Shown here: in pieces, positions 9,454-21,084 of the stretch
Layout of the letters: each line of letters begins with the position of its first letter
How positions within the stretch are numbered: position 1 is the first letter of the stretch
Assembly: GCA_946547315.1 (NCBI GenBank)
Contig: CAMNOY010000002.1
Location: 13,878-77,877, forward strand
DNA length: 64,000 nucleotides
DNA from: an uncultured Lachnospiraceae bacterium
Lineage (GTDB): Bacteria > Bacillota > Clostridia > Lachnospirales > Lachnospiraceae
Direction: 5' to 3'
Made by a program: the position numbers and the translations under genes
The notes under the pieces: generated by a model
Told to the model about the DNA's origin: nothing
Databases searched by the model: none
Seen by the model: the letters and a program-made list of their open reading frames with translations, nothing else

Positions 9454-12066
9454 CTATTTAATATATGTTATAAACCTGTTCCCGGCCTTTTCAAACAAAG
9501 ATTTTGAATCATTCATTCCGAGTTTGTACACCCTCTCTTCCCCGGGATCATACAAAATCGTATTTTTACTGTCGTAACCTGTGATTATCACTGCTGTGCC
9601 CTGCCCGGTCATCGCCATCACCGGATACCCTCTTGAAACATAATAGAGTACATCGGACAATGAAACTCCCGATAAGTCAAGTACATCGGCTTCAAGATTG
9701 TCCGACAGAACCCTTGCAAGTGATTTTCTGCGAATTTCTTCTTCACTGCTCTTATATACTCCTCCCGACTGAAGCATCATATCTATGCACTTTACATACG
9801 AAGAAGTATTATCGGTTTCCGGTGCGCCTTCGGATTCACCTTCTTCAGTTGACGCTTTTGGAGTCGTCTCACTTATCTCAAGACTTGTAATCTTGGTACT
9901 TGCTTTCCTGTTACTGCTTTCCCATACATATGCCATTTGCTTGTTTGTTACAACCCCGTATAGATCTCCGGCTATTTCAACCGCCTCGGAGGCCGACGAG
10001 TATATTCCTGCTATTTTTCCTTTTGCATATACATAATATCGCTTAAGAGTATCATCATCCTTGATGGAAACATCCCTGCTGCCCTCAAATACAACTTCTT
10101 TTGGATTTGTGACCTTAACGGATGATTTTTCCCCGTCTCCCCCTTTATACAACACTGTCTGATAGGTGGTTTCCGTCTTTTCGGTGACTACGCTTGACAA
10201 CTTGTTCTTAAGAGTTGTCTGTGTCTTGTTGTTTACGATCTGGTCATCCTCTATAGGCAAAAGCTCACCGCTGTCGGGTTCCTTCGTGGCTCGTGAAAGT
10301 ATGAGAAGATTATCCGATTTTTCGACACCAAGAACGTATACTCCATCCTGATGATAGTCCTTAAGAGTGTTACCGTTTTGGTCCTGAATCCTGACGGAAT
10401 ACATCGGTATGATTGTTTTTCCGGTGTAATCGTTTGTAACATCTGACACCCTTGCCGCCCCGTAAATGACATCATTGTCCATAAATCCCAGGGGAATAAC
10501 CACCTCTCCCGCTCCTGAGGGTATCGTATAGGGTGTCATGCTGTTAAGTTTGAACAATTGTATCTGTGTAAAATCAACAACCGAATCCCCTGTCTGCCAC
10601 GCTATAATACTTTCATCATCCGAAGAGTAGAAACCTGTTTCGCTTATGCTTGCCTGCATTATCTCGGATTCCCTGTCTGTGATATTAATCGAATATACAC
10701 CGCCGTCAAGAAAAATGTAAAATCTGTTTCTTGAACTGATATAGGCAAGATTATTAACCTCAACGGAAAGCATTTCATATGACTTGGTATAAGGAATAAA
10801 CAATTCCTCCTCTATCGTATTAAGCGCACAATCATAGTAATACAGCGCAACTCCGACTTTCCCCTCATTTATGCCTCTGTTCATGTATCCATACACTATA
10901 AACCATATATTACCGACACCATCGATCATCATGGGTTTAATCGAATGAGCATTGTACCTTGTACGTTCATCGTTGTTGTCTTTATCCGCAAAGGCAAAAA
11001 GTCTTGCCATCGTATTGGATGATGTATTGTATGAATAGAGTGCATTCTGTTGGACAAATGCATATATGGTCCCGGCATCGTTTTCAATTCCCTCCGGCTT
11101 CTCATTAATCATTCCATGGAGGATCTTGCCGTTTACAACCACATTCTTGTCCGCATCAAATACCTGATCCATGATTCTTTCGTATTCCATCAGGTACATT
11201 CTCTTTCCCCGCTGGAGACGGAAAAACTCGGAAACATTGTGGGTCTCGGACATTATCTCAACCTGGTAATTCAGCATAATCGAGGCCGTCGTCTCATCAA
11301 TCTCAAGGATTTCCATATCTTTGCCGGTGATCAGGACCGGCTCCAGTTCTCCCCATGTCAACTGGTTAAAGTTTGAGTGTATATTGACATAAGCATAACT
11401 GGAATTATCACCGTCAGCATTTGTTTCCATGTATTTTTTTATTGATTCGGCAGCTTCCTTATCCATGGTCCTGTCGGAAAAATCCCTGACAAATTCCATC
11501 TTTTCCGACAGATAAAGCTCCGCTCTGTTAATCACTCTTGCGTAATACCTGATTACGCTTCCGCCGGATGTTGTAAGCTTGATAATAAGCATATATTCGG
11601 TGTCGTCCTCGATCAGGTCTTTGAGTGTCGCCGTCGCATAAATTACATCGCCTTCATAGGTAAAATCAGATACTTCCGTCTCTTCTATCAACCTGGACAT
11701 GTCAAGCGGCCTTACTTCATAAGAAACTTTAGCAATGACCGCATCATAAAGATCTGCGCGAAAGGTCACGGATCTGTTCGCCATAAGGGGAGTTATCGGT
11801 CCACGAAGATAATTCCCCTCCATTTCCGTTGTATACCCATGGAGAGGATTGATATATTCGTCATTAACGTTCATATACACGATCGGAAGTGTCGCCTTGG
11901 ACATCTCTGCCGTCATATCCGTATTTCCCCTGTTCAGGACAATATTTGATACAAACAGGGATATCAGAAACAATACAAACGTTACCGAGAGTTTAATTAT
12001 TCTTCTTCTGAATTTGTTTTGATCCATAAAACAAAATCGTGACGACGAATGAGTATTCGCCGCCAC
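9454..12066 (-). CDS. large membrane-anchored protein of unknown function
   Basis: 870-aa uninterrupted ORF with one N-terminal TM helix (LSVTFVLFLISLFVSNIVL). The start is uncertain (GTG 12066 or ATG 12027) and neither has a clear RBS. Confidence 0.65.
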   Translation of the reverse strand: MAANTHSSSRFCFMDQNKFRRRIIKLSVTFVLFLISLFVSNIVLNRGNTDMTAEMSKATLPIVYMNVNDEYINPLHGYTTEMEGNYLRGPITPLMANRSVTFRADLYDAVIAKVSYEVRPLDMSRLIEETEVSDFTYEGDVIYATATLKDLIEDDTEYMLIIKLTTSGGSVIRYYARVINRAELYLSEKMEFVRDFSDRTMDKEAAESIKKYMETNADGDNSSYAYVNIHSNFNQLTWGELEPVLITGKDMEILEIDETTASIMLNYQVEIMSETHNVSEFFRLQRGKRMYLMEYERIMDQVFDADKNVVVNGKILHGMINEKPEGIENDAGTIYAFVQQNALYSYNTSSNTMARLFAFADKDNNDERTRYNAHSIKPMMIDGVGNIWFIVYGYMNRGINEGKVGVALYYYDCALNTIEEELFIPYTKSYEMLSVEVNNLAYISSRNRFYIFLDGGVYSINITDRESEIMQASISETGFYSSDDESIIAWQTGDSVVDFTQIQLFKLNSMTPYTIPSGAGEVVIPLGFMDNDVIYGAARVSDVTNDYTGKTIIPMYSVRIQDQNGNTLKDYHQDGVYVLGVEKSDNLLILSRATKEPDSGELLPIEDDQIVNNKTQTTLKNKLSSVVTEKTETTYQTVLYKGGDGEKSSVKVTNPKEVVFEGSRDVSIKDDDTLKRYYVYAKGKIAGIYSSASEAVEIAGDLYGVVTNKQMAYVWESSNRKASTKITSLEISETTPKASTEEGESEGAPETDNTSSYVKCIDMMLQSGGVYKSSEEEIRRKSLARVLSDNLEADVLDLSGVSLSDVLYYVSRGYPVMAMTGQGTAVIITGYDSKNTILYDPGEERVYKLGMNDSKSLFEKAGNRFITYIK

Positions 12067-12072
12067 TTAAAA

Positions 12073-12477
12073 TCACTTTTTTGCTGCTTCTATTCGCGCC
12101 GCACTCCTCTTTAGAGCTAACATTGCGCGGCCTATGTCCATTCCGGCGTCTTTTTCTGAAAGACGCCTTTCAGCACGTATCCGCGCTTCTTCGGCACGTT
12201 TCACATCAATCTCATCCGGCCATTCACACACTTCCGCAAGAATTGTCATGGAATCCTGAAGTATTTCAATGAATCCACTGTGAATCGCACATACCTTCGG
12301 GTCGGCATCGGGTAAATGAATATAGCATGCTCCCGGAGCCAAAACGCTCGTAAGCGGGATATGATTCGGAAGAACACCTATCTGACCCTCCGTAGTATTA
12401 ATCTCCACCATTGTCACATCACCCTCGTAAAATAATCTGTCGGGGCTAGTGATCCGAAGATGAAAAGTATCGGCCAT
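12073..12477 (-). CDS. atpC: F1 ATP synthase subunit epsilon
   Basis: 134 aa, operon position after atpD, epsilon-family sequence. Confidence 0.9.
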   Translation of the reverse strand: MADTFHLRITSPDRLFYEGDVTMVEINTTEGQIGVLPNHIPLTSVLAPGACYIHLPDADPKVCAIHSGFIEILQDSMTILAEVCEWPDEIDVKRAEEARIRAERRLSEKDAGMDIGRAMLALKRSAARIEAAKK

Positions 12478-12486
12478 TTTAACTCC

Positions 12487-13911
<1,425 letters not shown>

Positions 13912-13921
13912 TTATTCTAAA

Positions 13922-14025
13922 GGTCGCTCGGCCAGTAAGGTGTGTCGCCCATTCAGATCGCCTTCGGCGATAGGGGCTCCACGTGCAGACAGGGTCCCAC
14001 CGCTTCGCGGTTCCCCCTATCAGCC
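13922..14025 (-). repeat. stop-codon-abutting structured repeat, copy A (atpG-atpD intercistronic)
   Basis: Near-identical to 27721-27808 (3 mismatches in ~84 nt by eye). Contains hairpins ATCGCC-TTC-GGCGAT and ACCGC-TTC-GCGGT. Confidence 0.9.
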
Positions 14026-14928
14026 TATTGCCTCAGCGCCACCAATGATCTCTGTAAGCTCCTGCGTAATCGCACCCTGTCTGGCACGGTTATACTGAAG
14101 CTCAAGTCCCGATATCATCTTCTCCGCATTGTCCGTTGCAGAGTCCATAGCCTGCATTCTGGCTCCGTTCTCACTTGCAACTGCCTCGATAAGTGCTCCG
14201 TAAATAAGGCTTGTCACATACTTCGGAATTATGGCATCTAATGCCTCATCCGAATCGGGCTCATAGGTCATAAGAGCTCTTTTCTCACTTTCAACTCCTG
14301 CATCGGGTTTTATGGATTCTTCACCCTCTTTACCTGATACAGACTCGGTAGGCGTACTGTCTTCTCCCAGCGGTAAAAGTTTCTGAAGCTTCGGTACATG
14401 CACAACGGTATTTTTAAATATCGTATAAGCAACGTATATTTCTCCGATCTCCCCCGCCGCATATTTTTTAAGCAGATCACCGGCCAGTTCGGACGCATCG
14501 GAATACAACGGTTCCTCGATCATATCCGAATTCTCGTACACAATCTCATATCCGGATCTTTTTACACTGTCACGGCCCTTTTTACCTATAGCATAAATTA
14601 CCAGTTCATCAGTACTCCAACCGCTCTGTGTTACCAGCTTGGTAATATTGCTGTTATACCCTCCGGCAAGTCCTCTGTTTGAAGTAATGAGAATAACCGC
14701 CTTCTTGTTGCACCCATTAGGCTTCATAAGAGGATGATCGATATATCCCGACTTGCTCATAATCGAAACAATCGTATCATACATCTGCATTGTGTAATTC
14801 TTACTCTGCTCCGCACGCGTCTTGGCTCTTTGAAGCTTGACCGTGGAAACAAGTTTCATTGCCTTGGTAATCTGCTGGGTAGACTGTATACCTGTTTTAC
14901 GTCTTTTGATGTCGCGCATCGACGCCAT
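14020..14928 (-). CDS. atpG: F1 ATP synthase subunit gamma
   Basis: 302 aa, gamma family (MASMRDIKRRK...ITQELTEIIGGAEA). The stop codon lies inside repeat copy A. Confidence 0.93.
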   Translation of the reverse strand: MASMRDIKRRKTGIQSTQQITKAMKLVSTVKLQRAKTRAEQSKNYTMQMYDTIVSIMSKSGYIDHPLMKPNGCNKKAVILITSNRGLAGGYNSNITKLVTQSGWSTDELVIYAIGKKGRDSVKRSGYEIVYENSDMIEEPLYSDASELAGDLLKKYAAGEIGEIYVAYTIFKNTVVHVPKLQKLLPLGEDSTPTESVSGKEGEESIKPDAGVESEKRALMTYEPDSDEALDAIIPKYVTSLIYGALIEAVASENGARMQAMDSATDNAEKMISGLELQYNRARQGAITQELTEIIGGAEAIG

Positions 14929-14958
14929 AATCTACACCCTCCCTGTAGGGTTTTTAAC

Positions 14959-16464
14959 TCATTTCAGAAAATCAGCCTTGAAATCCTCTATCGCTTTCTT
15001 AAGCTTATTTTCCATATCTTCTGACAGTTCCTTCGTGTTCCTGATCGATTCGGGAATCTCGGAATAACTTGTCTTGATATACTCAAAGAAGGACTCCTCG
15101 AACTCACCGATCCTGTCAACAGGAACATCCAGCAGAAGCTTTCTTGTTACAACATAAATAATAAGAACCTGATATTCAACCGGCATCGGCTTGTACTGAC
15201 CCTGTTTCAGTACTTCCTTGATTCGCTCTCCTTGTGCCAGCTTTTCTCTTGTATCTGCATCCAGTTCCGATCCGAACTGTGCAAAAGCCGCAAGCTCTCT
15301 GTACTGTGCAAGCTCGGTACGGATCGGGGCTGAAATCTTCTTCATTGCCTTAATCTGGGCTGCACCACCGACACGCGAAACCGAAAGACCTGCATTTACA
15401 GCAGGACGGAATCCGGAATTGAACATCTCAGTCTCAAGATAAATCTGGCCGTCTGTAATCGAGATAACGTTTGTCGGAATGTATGCCGAAACATCACCCG
15501 CCTGAGTCTCGATTATCGGAAGAGCTGTCAGAGATCCTCCGCCGTATTCTTCGCTCATTCTTGCCGCACGCTCAAGAAGTCTTGAATGAAGATAGAATAC
15601 ATCTCCGGGATAGGCTTCACGTCCGGGCGGACGACGAAGAAGAAGTGAAAGTGTTCTGTAAGCCGTTGCATGCTTACTTAAATCATCGTATATAACAAGA
15701 ACGTCTTCTCCGTTTTCCATCCACTCCTCACCTATCGCACATCCGCTGTAAGGAGCTATATACTGGAGAGGCGCCATTTCACTTGCTGTGGAAGCAACTA
15801 CGGTTGTATACGCCATTGCGCCGAATTCCTCAAGCGTCTTGACAATCGAAGCAACCGTTGACGCTTTCTGTCCGATGGCAACATATATACACTTAACGTT
15901 TTGTCCCTTCTGGTTGATTATTGTATCAATGGCGATAGCGGTCTTACCGGTCTGTCTGTCGCCAATAATAAGTTCTCTCTGCCCGCGTCCGATCGGGATC
16001 ATGGAGTCAATCGCCTTGATACCGGTCTGCAGAGGCGTATCAACTGATTTTCTCGTAATAACACCACTTGCTACACGTTCAATCTTACGATACTTATCCG
16101 TCTGTACCGGTCCCTTACCGTCGATAGGCTGTCCAAGTGCATTAACAACACGCCCGAGCATCGCATCTCCTACAGGAACCTCAACAACCCTTCCTGTTGT
16201 TTTAACGGTATCACCTTCGCTGATCGATCCTGCACCAAGCAGAACGGCACCGACATTATCCTCCTCCAGGTTCATGACCATTCCGTACACTTCCCCGGGA
16301 AATTCAAGCAGTTCACCCTGCATTGCTTTTTCCAGTCCGTGTACACGCGCAATTCCGTCCGCAACCTGAATAACGGTTCCGACTTCAGATACTTCAAGAT
16401 TATCCGCGTATCTTTTGATCTGATCCTTGATTACCGAACTGATCTCTTCTGGTCTTAAATTCAT
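14959..16464 (-). CDS. atpA: F1 ATP synthase subunit alpha
   Basis: Walker A GDRQTGKT, 501 aa. Confidence 0.95.
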   Translation of the reverse strand: MNLRPEEISSVIKDQIKRYADNLEVSEVGTVIQVADGIARVHGLEKAMQGELLEFPGEVYGMVMNLEEDNVGAVLLGAGSISEGDTVKTTGRVVEVPVGDAMLGRVVNALGQPIDGKGPVQTDKYRKIERVASGVITRKSVDTPLQTGIKAIDSMIPIGRGQRELIIGDRQTGKTAIAIDTIINQKGQNVKCIYVAIGQKASTVASIVKTLEEFGAMAYTTVVASTASEMAPLQYIAPYSGCAIGEEWMENGEDVLVIYDDLSKHATAYRTLSLLLRRPPGREAYPGDVFYLHSRLLERAARMSEEYGGGSLTALPIIETQAGDVSAYIPTNVISITDGQIYLETEMFNSGFRPAVNAGLSVSRVGGAAQIKAMKKISAPIRTELAQYRELAAFAQFGSELDADTREKLAQGERIKEVLKQGQYKPMPVEYQVLIIYVVTRKLLLDVPVDRIGEFEESFFEYIKTSYSEIPESIRNTKELSEDMENKLKKAIEDFKADFLK

Positions 16465-16480
16465 GGATCTTTTACCTTTC

Positions 16481-17035
16481 TCAAATCGTATTTAACTGAA
16501 TACGGCGAAGGTCTTTCGCCAATTCATTTAGTTTCGTTGAAATACTGCTGTCAACAACTCTGTCGCCAATCCTTATCTTCATTCCGCCGATAAGGGATTT
16601 GTCTATCGAGTAATTCATTTCCATCTTAACATAGCCGGTCGTATCCAGCAGTTTTTGTTCAATGCGCTTCTTCTGCGCATCGGTAAGATCAGCAGGGGTC
16701 TGCACATAAGCAACGCCGATCTTCTTGTATTCCTTAACCATGTTTATGAAACTTGCAAGGATTCCGTCAATTTCCTCATAGCGGTTATTGACCACAACCT
16801 GATTGAGAAGTCCGCACACTTCGGGTGATACATTGCCCGAGAATATGTTGTTTATTACATCTATCTTCTCGTTCTTGTCAACGCCGGGATGTCTCATAAT
16901 CTTTGCAAGATCCGGGTTCTCATCAAGAATAGCAATGAGCGCCTCAACCTGTGAAAAGAGTTCGTCAACCTTTCCCTCCTCAACAGCTAACTGAAACAGA
17001 GCCTGTGCATAAGTTGTAGTAACTAGCTTTGCCAT
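16481..17035 (-). CDS. atpH: F1 ATP synthase subunit delta (OSCP)
   Basis: 184 aa, operon position between atpF and atpA. Confidence 0.85.
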   Translation of the reverse strand: MAKLVTTTYAQALFQLAVEEGKVDELFSQVEALIAILDENPDLAKIMRHPGVDKNEKIDVINNIFSGNVSPEVCGLLNQVVVNNRYEEIDGILASFINMVKEYKKIGVAYVQTPADLTDAQKKRIEQKLLDTTGYVKMEMNYSIDKSLIGGMKIRIGDRVVDSSISTKLNELAKDLRRIQLNTI

Positions 17036-17538
17036 GTGCTCTCACCTACTTCTTTGAGCGTCTCTTCTATCAGAGAATCCTGAATATTTGTATCTATACC
17101 TGCCGCAACCACTTTGCCCGCCATAAGGGAAGCCACATCTATGATCTGTGTCTTAACTTCATCCGCAGCCTTGCGTTTTTCAAGTTCAGCCTCGTTATGA
17201 GCCTGACGGATGATGCCCGCAGCTTCTTCCTTGGCCTGTGAAATGATCGCATCTTCATTCTTGACAGCCTTCTGTCTTGCTTCGGCAAGCACAGCATCGG
17301 CATCCTTCTGGGCGCCGGCCATCTTTGCTTCGTATTCGCTCTTTAATTTAAGAGCCTCATCCTTATCCTCTTTTGCACTGTCAAGATCTGCCTGGATTCT
17401 CTCCTGACGTTTGCGCAACAGTTCACGGGTAGGCTTGAACAGCATATAGGAAAGGAAAAGGAACAAAACAAAAACGGCAACCGCTGTAATGACCGCATCA
17501 TGTAACAGTTGGAAATCAAGGTCAAACAGACGTTCCAA
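17023..17538 (-). CDS. atpF: Fo ATP synthase subunit b
   Basis: One N-terminal TM followed by a long charged helix. TTG start with a GGAGA RBS 7 nt upstream. Confidence 0.85.
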   Translation of the reverse strand: MERLFDLDFQLLHDAVITAVAVFVLFLFLSYMLFKPTRELLRKRQERIQADLDSAKEDKDEALKLKSEYEAKMAGAQKDADAVLAEARQKAVKNEDAIISQAKEEAAGIIRQAHNEAELEKRKAADEVKTQIIDVASLMAGKVVAAGIDTNIQDSLIEETLKEVGESTWQS

Positions 17539-17573
17539 TTCTTTGTCTCCTTTCGATTACCGATTTGTAATAA

Positions 17574-17840
<267 letters not shown>

Positions 17841-17900
17841 CTATAATTTGTTATCTATTATTAATATTCTAATCTGCATTTACAAGGAGACTCGCCCCCC

Positions 17901-18617
17901 CTATTCAGCATTTATAGCATCAGCGACATATGTCATTGTCAGCATACAGAATACGTATGTTTGGATTGCGCCCGAAAACAAATCGAAATACAAATGTAGG
18001 AATCCCGGCCAGCCCCATGCAATCTTGGAAAGAAGACCATATACAAGAGCCATCATAACCGTTCCCGAAAGAATATTCGCAAACAGACGCAGGGAAATAG
18101 ATACCGGTACCGCAACATCACCTATAACATTGATGGGTGCCCAAATCGGCCATGGATCGCACAAACCTTTTAGAAATCCTCCGACCCCCTGATGTTTTAT
18201 CTTGTTGTAGAAAATCATCCCGAAAGTAATAAGTCCCAGCGGTAAGGTTACTCCGTAATCCGCTGTCGGGGGACGCAGTCCCAAAAGTCCTGAAAAATTA
18301 CTGATAAGTATAAAGCAAAACAGGGTCGATATGTATCCGAGAAACTTCGTGGCACTCTTCCCCATACATCCCGTAATCATGTTATCAAGCATTTCAACAA
18401 TGAGCTCAACTATGTTCTGGAAAGTACCCGGCTTGGCATAAGGGTCTGCATTGACTATCACATGATGCGCGCACAGGCCAAACACTGCAAACAGCAACAG
18501 AACTATCAACAGGCAAACATGTGTTGTTGTAATCCACACAGTCTGGCCGAATATCTGATAAGAGAATATGCCTTTTATCATGAAATTGACATCGGCTGCC
18601 AATAGAACGCTATTCAC
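17901..18617 (-). CDS. atpB: Fo ATP synthase subunit a
   Basis: 238 aa and polytopic, with the conserved SLRLFANILSG motif. GTG start with a GGAGG RBS. Confidence 0.9.
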   Translation of the reverse strand: MNSVLLAADVNFMIKGIFSYQIFGQTVWITTTHVCLLIVLLLFAVFGLCAHHVIVNADPYAKPGTFQNIVELIVEMLDNMITGCMGKSATKFLGYISTLFCFILISNFSGLLGLRPPTADYGVTLPLGLITFGMIFYNKIKHQGVGGFLKGLCDPWPIWAPINVIGDVAVPVSISLRLFANILSGTVMMALVYGLLSKIAWGWPGFLHLYFDLFSGAIQTYVFCMLTMTYVADAINAE

Positions 18618-19018
18618 TTATCCCACCTCCTGTTTATCAGTTTATGTACAGAGGGCTGCAAATATGCACCCGCTTTTACAGTAAGAATCGATATTGTCAA
18701 AAATACCGGATTCGCTATCTTAAAATACAGGCTTGAACCGACGACAATCGCCACAAACAAATACCGGATCAACATCTGTGTCCGCATTTGCGAAATTGCA
18801 CCCTTCTCGTCAAGGCAGAGCGCATCATCAACAGTCACAGCCATATGTATAACAAATATAAACGCAGTAGCAGCTCCTATCAGCACGGCGGTTAACGCGC
18901 TATTTCTGTCATCCGCAAACAGTGCCACTACCGCGAGGACAACATTTGCCGCAATTATCCCGAGCATCATTTCATGGAGGGTATGATTTTCTTTTAGAAT
19001 GATCTTAAGTCTATTCAT
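18614..19018 (-). CDS. atpI: ATP synthase protein I-like small membrane protein
   Basis: 134 aa with 4 predicted TM segments, immediately upstream of atpB and overlapping it (GTGA). Confidence 0.7.
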   Translation of the reverse strand: MNRLKIILKENHTLHEMMLGIIAANVVLAVVALFADDRNSALTAVLIGAATAFIFVIHMAVTVDDALCLDEKGAISQMRTQMLIRYLFVAIVVGSSLYFKIANPVFLTISILTVKAGAYLQPSVHKLINRRWDK

Positions 19019-19340
19019 TCATATTATCCCTGTATACCCTGTCCATTTTTTCACCAAAGTCTTCGCCGGCATGTCCCGACACCGATTCATCGGCATCGCT
19101 TCCCAGATAGGTTTGGCGTTTGTTCATATTTCTGGCAAATATAAAAATATTGCGAAAGCCGGCCAATGCTCCGAGAAAAAACATTATGATTACAATAAAT
19201 GATGTGGAAAACAATCTGTCAAGAAATATCCCTACGAAAGTACACAGAACAATAGGTACAATCATATTGATACCGAACTGTAAAACCATCGAAAAACCGC
19301 GAAATACCTCTTTTTGATACTTCAACTGTTTACCCTTCAT
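19011..19340 (-). CDS. AtpZ/AtpI family small membrane protein
   Basis: Has the typical AtpZ core (FSMVLQFGINMIVPIVLCTFVGIFLDRL). The start is uncertain: ATG 19340 or GTG 19388. Confidence 0.6.
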   Translation of the reverse strand: MKGKQLKYQKEVFRGFSMVLQFGINMIVPIVLCTFVGIFLDRLFSTSFIVIIMFFLGALAGFRNIFIFARNMNKRQTYLGSDADESVSGHAGEDFGEKMDRVYRDNMNE

Positions 19341-19413
19341 ATAAATCGCATCTTCATAATTATAACTGTAGGCAGCCAAAAAGTCCACAAAATAAACTTA
19401 AGTTTAGTCACAA

Positions 19414-20595
19414 TCAGTAGAAAACGTGATCTCCGATTATTGTTCCGTTGATTTCCGGAATAACGGTTCTGAAGTACAGGCAGTTTCCTACAGGTGTTGC
19501 ACCCCTCATGGCTTCATCTGCCGCCTGATAACAAGATGATGTTGCACCGAGAGCAAGTCTTGTTGCAAGTCTTCCGCTGCTTACAGGCGAAAACTGTCTG
19601 TTCTGATAGATAACTGTTGAAACAGAATTCGGAAACGCGGCAGATCTTACACGATTGATTACAACCGCACCGACCGCTACCTGTCCGGCATAGGGCTGGT
19701 TTCCGGCCTCACAGTATATCAGGCAGGCGAGCAGATCTCTGTCACCTTCCTGAAATTCAACCTCCGAAATATCCCTCCATGACATCTTGGCAGCTTTTGC
19801 AATCATTGCCTGTTCTTCGGCAAGCTGCTTTTTCAGGGCAGCAAGATTCTCTTCCTGAGCCTTAAGCTCCGCTTCATAAGCCGCCGTCTCAAGTTCTGCT
19901 GCGGATATCTGACCATCCGTCTGTGCAATGGAACCGTTAGTCGACGTTACAAGGTTATTAACCTTCATTTCCTCATTCTGGGCTTGTTTTCTGAGGCTCT
20001 GCAGTTGTTCTTCTTCCGTTCTGAGATCTTTCTCTTTATCTTCAATATCTTTTCTTATCTGAATCAGGTTGTCATACATCTTCTTATCATAATTTTCTAT
20101 GCGATCGATGTATTCCGTTTTGTTCAAAAAATCAGCATAACTATGAGACGAAAAAAAGGTGGTAAGAATTGTCTTGTCTCCGCGCTCATACATGAACTTG
20201 ATTCTTTTTTTCATTAGTTCATACTGAATCTTCTCTTCCTCTTGGGCATTCTCCAATTCAACCTGTGCCGTTTCTATCTCCGCCTGCTTGGCTGTGATCC
20301 TGTCTTCTATATCTTTAATATTCTCGGTAATTTGGGTCAGACTGTCATTGAGCTCGCTAAGGTAGTTTTCAAGCTCCTGTTTCTGGTCCTTGAGGCCTTC
20401 CTTCTTTTGTTCCGTGGCCTCTTTCATTTCCTCGGTTTCTTTTTTTAGTTTCTCTGCATCTTTGATTTTTTGTGACGTGCTCTCAACAGACGCAAATACA
20501 GGTGTTTCCACTGATGAAAAAACACAGGTTAAAGCAACCGTAGCACTTACCGCACAGACTATTAAGTTGTATGTTGTCCTGCCACCATACAGCAT
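19414..20595 (-). CDS. secreted cell-wall hydrolase: N-terminal CwlO/PcsB-like coiled coil + C-terminal SleB/CwlJ-type (Hydrolase_2) domain
   Basis: Signal peptide, long E/K/Q-rich coiled coil, and a C-terminal LIYCEAGNQPYAGQVAVGAVVINRV...VIYQNRQFSPV region. Confidence 0.8.
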   Translation of the reverse strand: MLYGGRTTYNLIVCAVSATVALTCVFSSVETPVFASVESTSQKIKDAEKLKKETEEMKEATEQKKEGLKDQKQELENYLSELNDSLTQITENIKDIEDRITAKQAEIETAQVELENAQEEEKIQYELMKKRIKFMYERGDKTILTTFFSSHSYADFLNKTEYIDRIENYDKKMYDNLIQIRKDIEDKEKDLRTEEEQLQSLRKQAQNEEMKVNNLVTSTNGSIAQTDGQISAAELETAAYEAELKAQEENLAALKKQLAEEQAMIAKAAKMSWRDISEVEFQEGDRDLLACLIYCEAGNQPYAGQVAVGAVVINRVRSAAFPNSVSTVIYQNRQFSPVSSGRLATRLALGATSSCYQAADEAMRGATPVGNCLYFRTVIPEINGTIIGDHVFY

Positions 20596-20598
20596 AGA

Positions 20599-21084
20599 TT
20601 ATACCGTGATAACAATTTCCCTGTTTGTCGGATCGTACTTGTAGTACCTTATTCCCGCGGCATCAAACATTTTTTTGGATGCGATTACTCCGTTTGTAGC
20701 GGCGTACTTATCACAATCATAGATGACTGTTTTGATACCGCTCTGGATGATAGCCTTGGCACACTCATTGCAGGGAAACAGTGATACATAAAGCTTTGCC
20801 CCTTCAAGGCTGCCGCCTCTGTAATTAAGTATGGCATTAAGTTCACTGTGAACCGTATAAACGTATTTGGTCAGCAGTTCATCTCCTTCTCTGGCCCATG
20901 GAAATTCATCATCCGAGCATCCTCTCGGAAATCCGTTGTAACCCATCGAAAGAATCTTATTGTCCTCACTGACAATACAGGCTCCTACCTGCGTATTGGG
21001 ATCTTTCGATCTCATTCCCGCAAGCTTAGCCACAGCCATAAAATACTCATCCCATGAGATATAGTCCTGTCTTTTGTCACTCAT
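20599..21084 (-). CDS. comEB: dCMP deaminase (ComEB family)
   Basis: Zinc deaminase motifs HSELNA and PCNECAK, 161 aa. Confidence 0.9.
   Translation of the reverse strand: MSDKRQDYISWDEYFMAVAKLAGMRSKDPNTQVGACIVSEDNKILSMGYNGFPRGCSDDEFPWAREGDELLTKYVYTVHSELNAILNYRGGSLEGAKLYVSLFPCNECAKAIIQSGIKTVIYDCDKYAATNGVIASKKMFDAAGIRYYKYDPTNREIVITV

Noticed and set aside
13942-14241. The plus-strand ORFs translated across the repeats (13942-14241, 27725-27943, 13583-14098, 27645-28085) give similar peptides such as MSPIQIAFGD.GSTCRQGPTASR. This could suggest a repeated micro-protein.
   Set aside because: They run antisense into real genes. They lack an RBS. The 1-nt insertion in copy C breaks the frame while the nucleotide structure is preserved. 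The similarity is a by-product of the DNA repeat.
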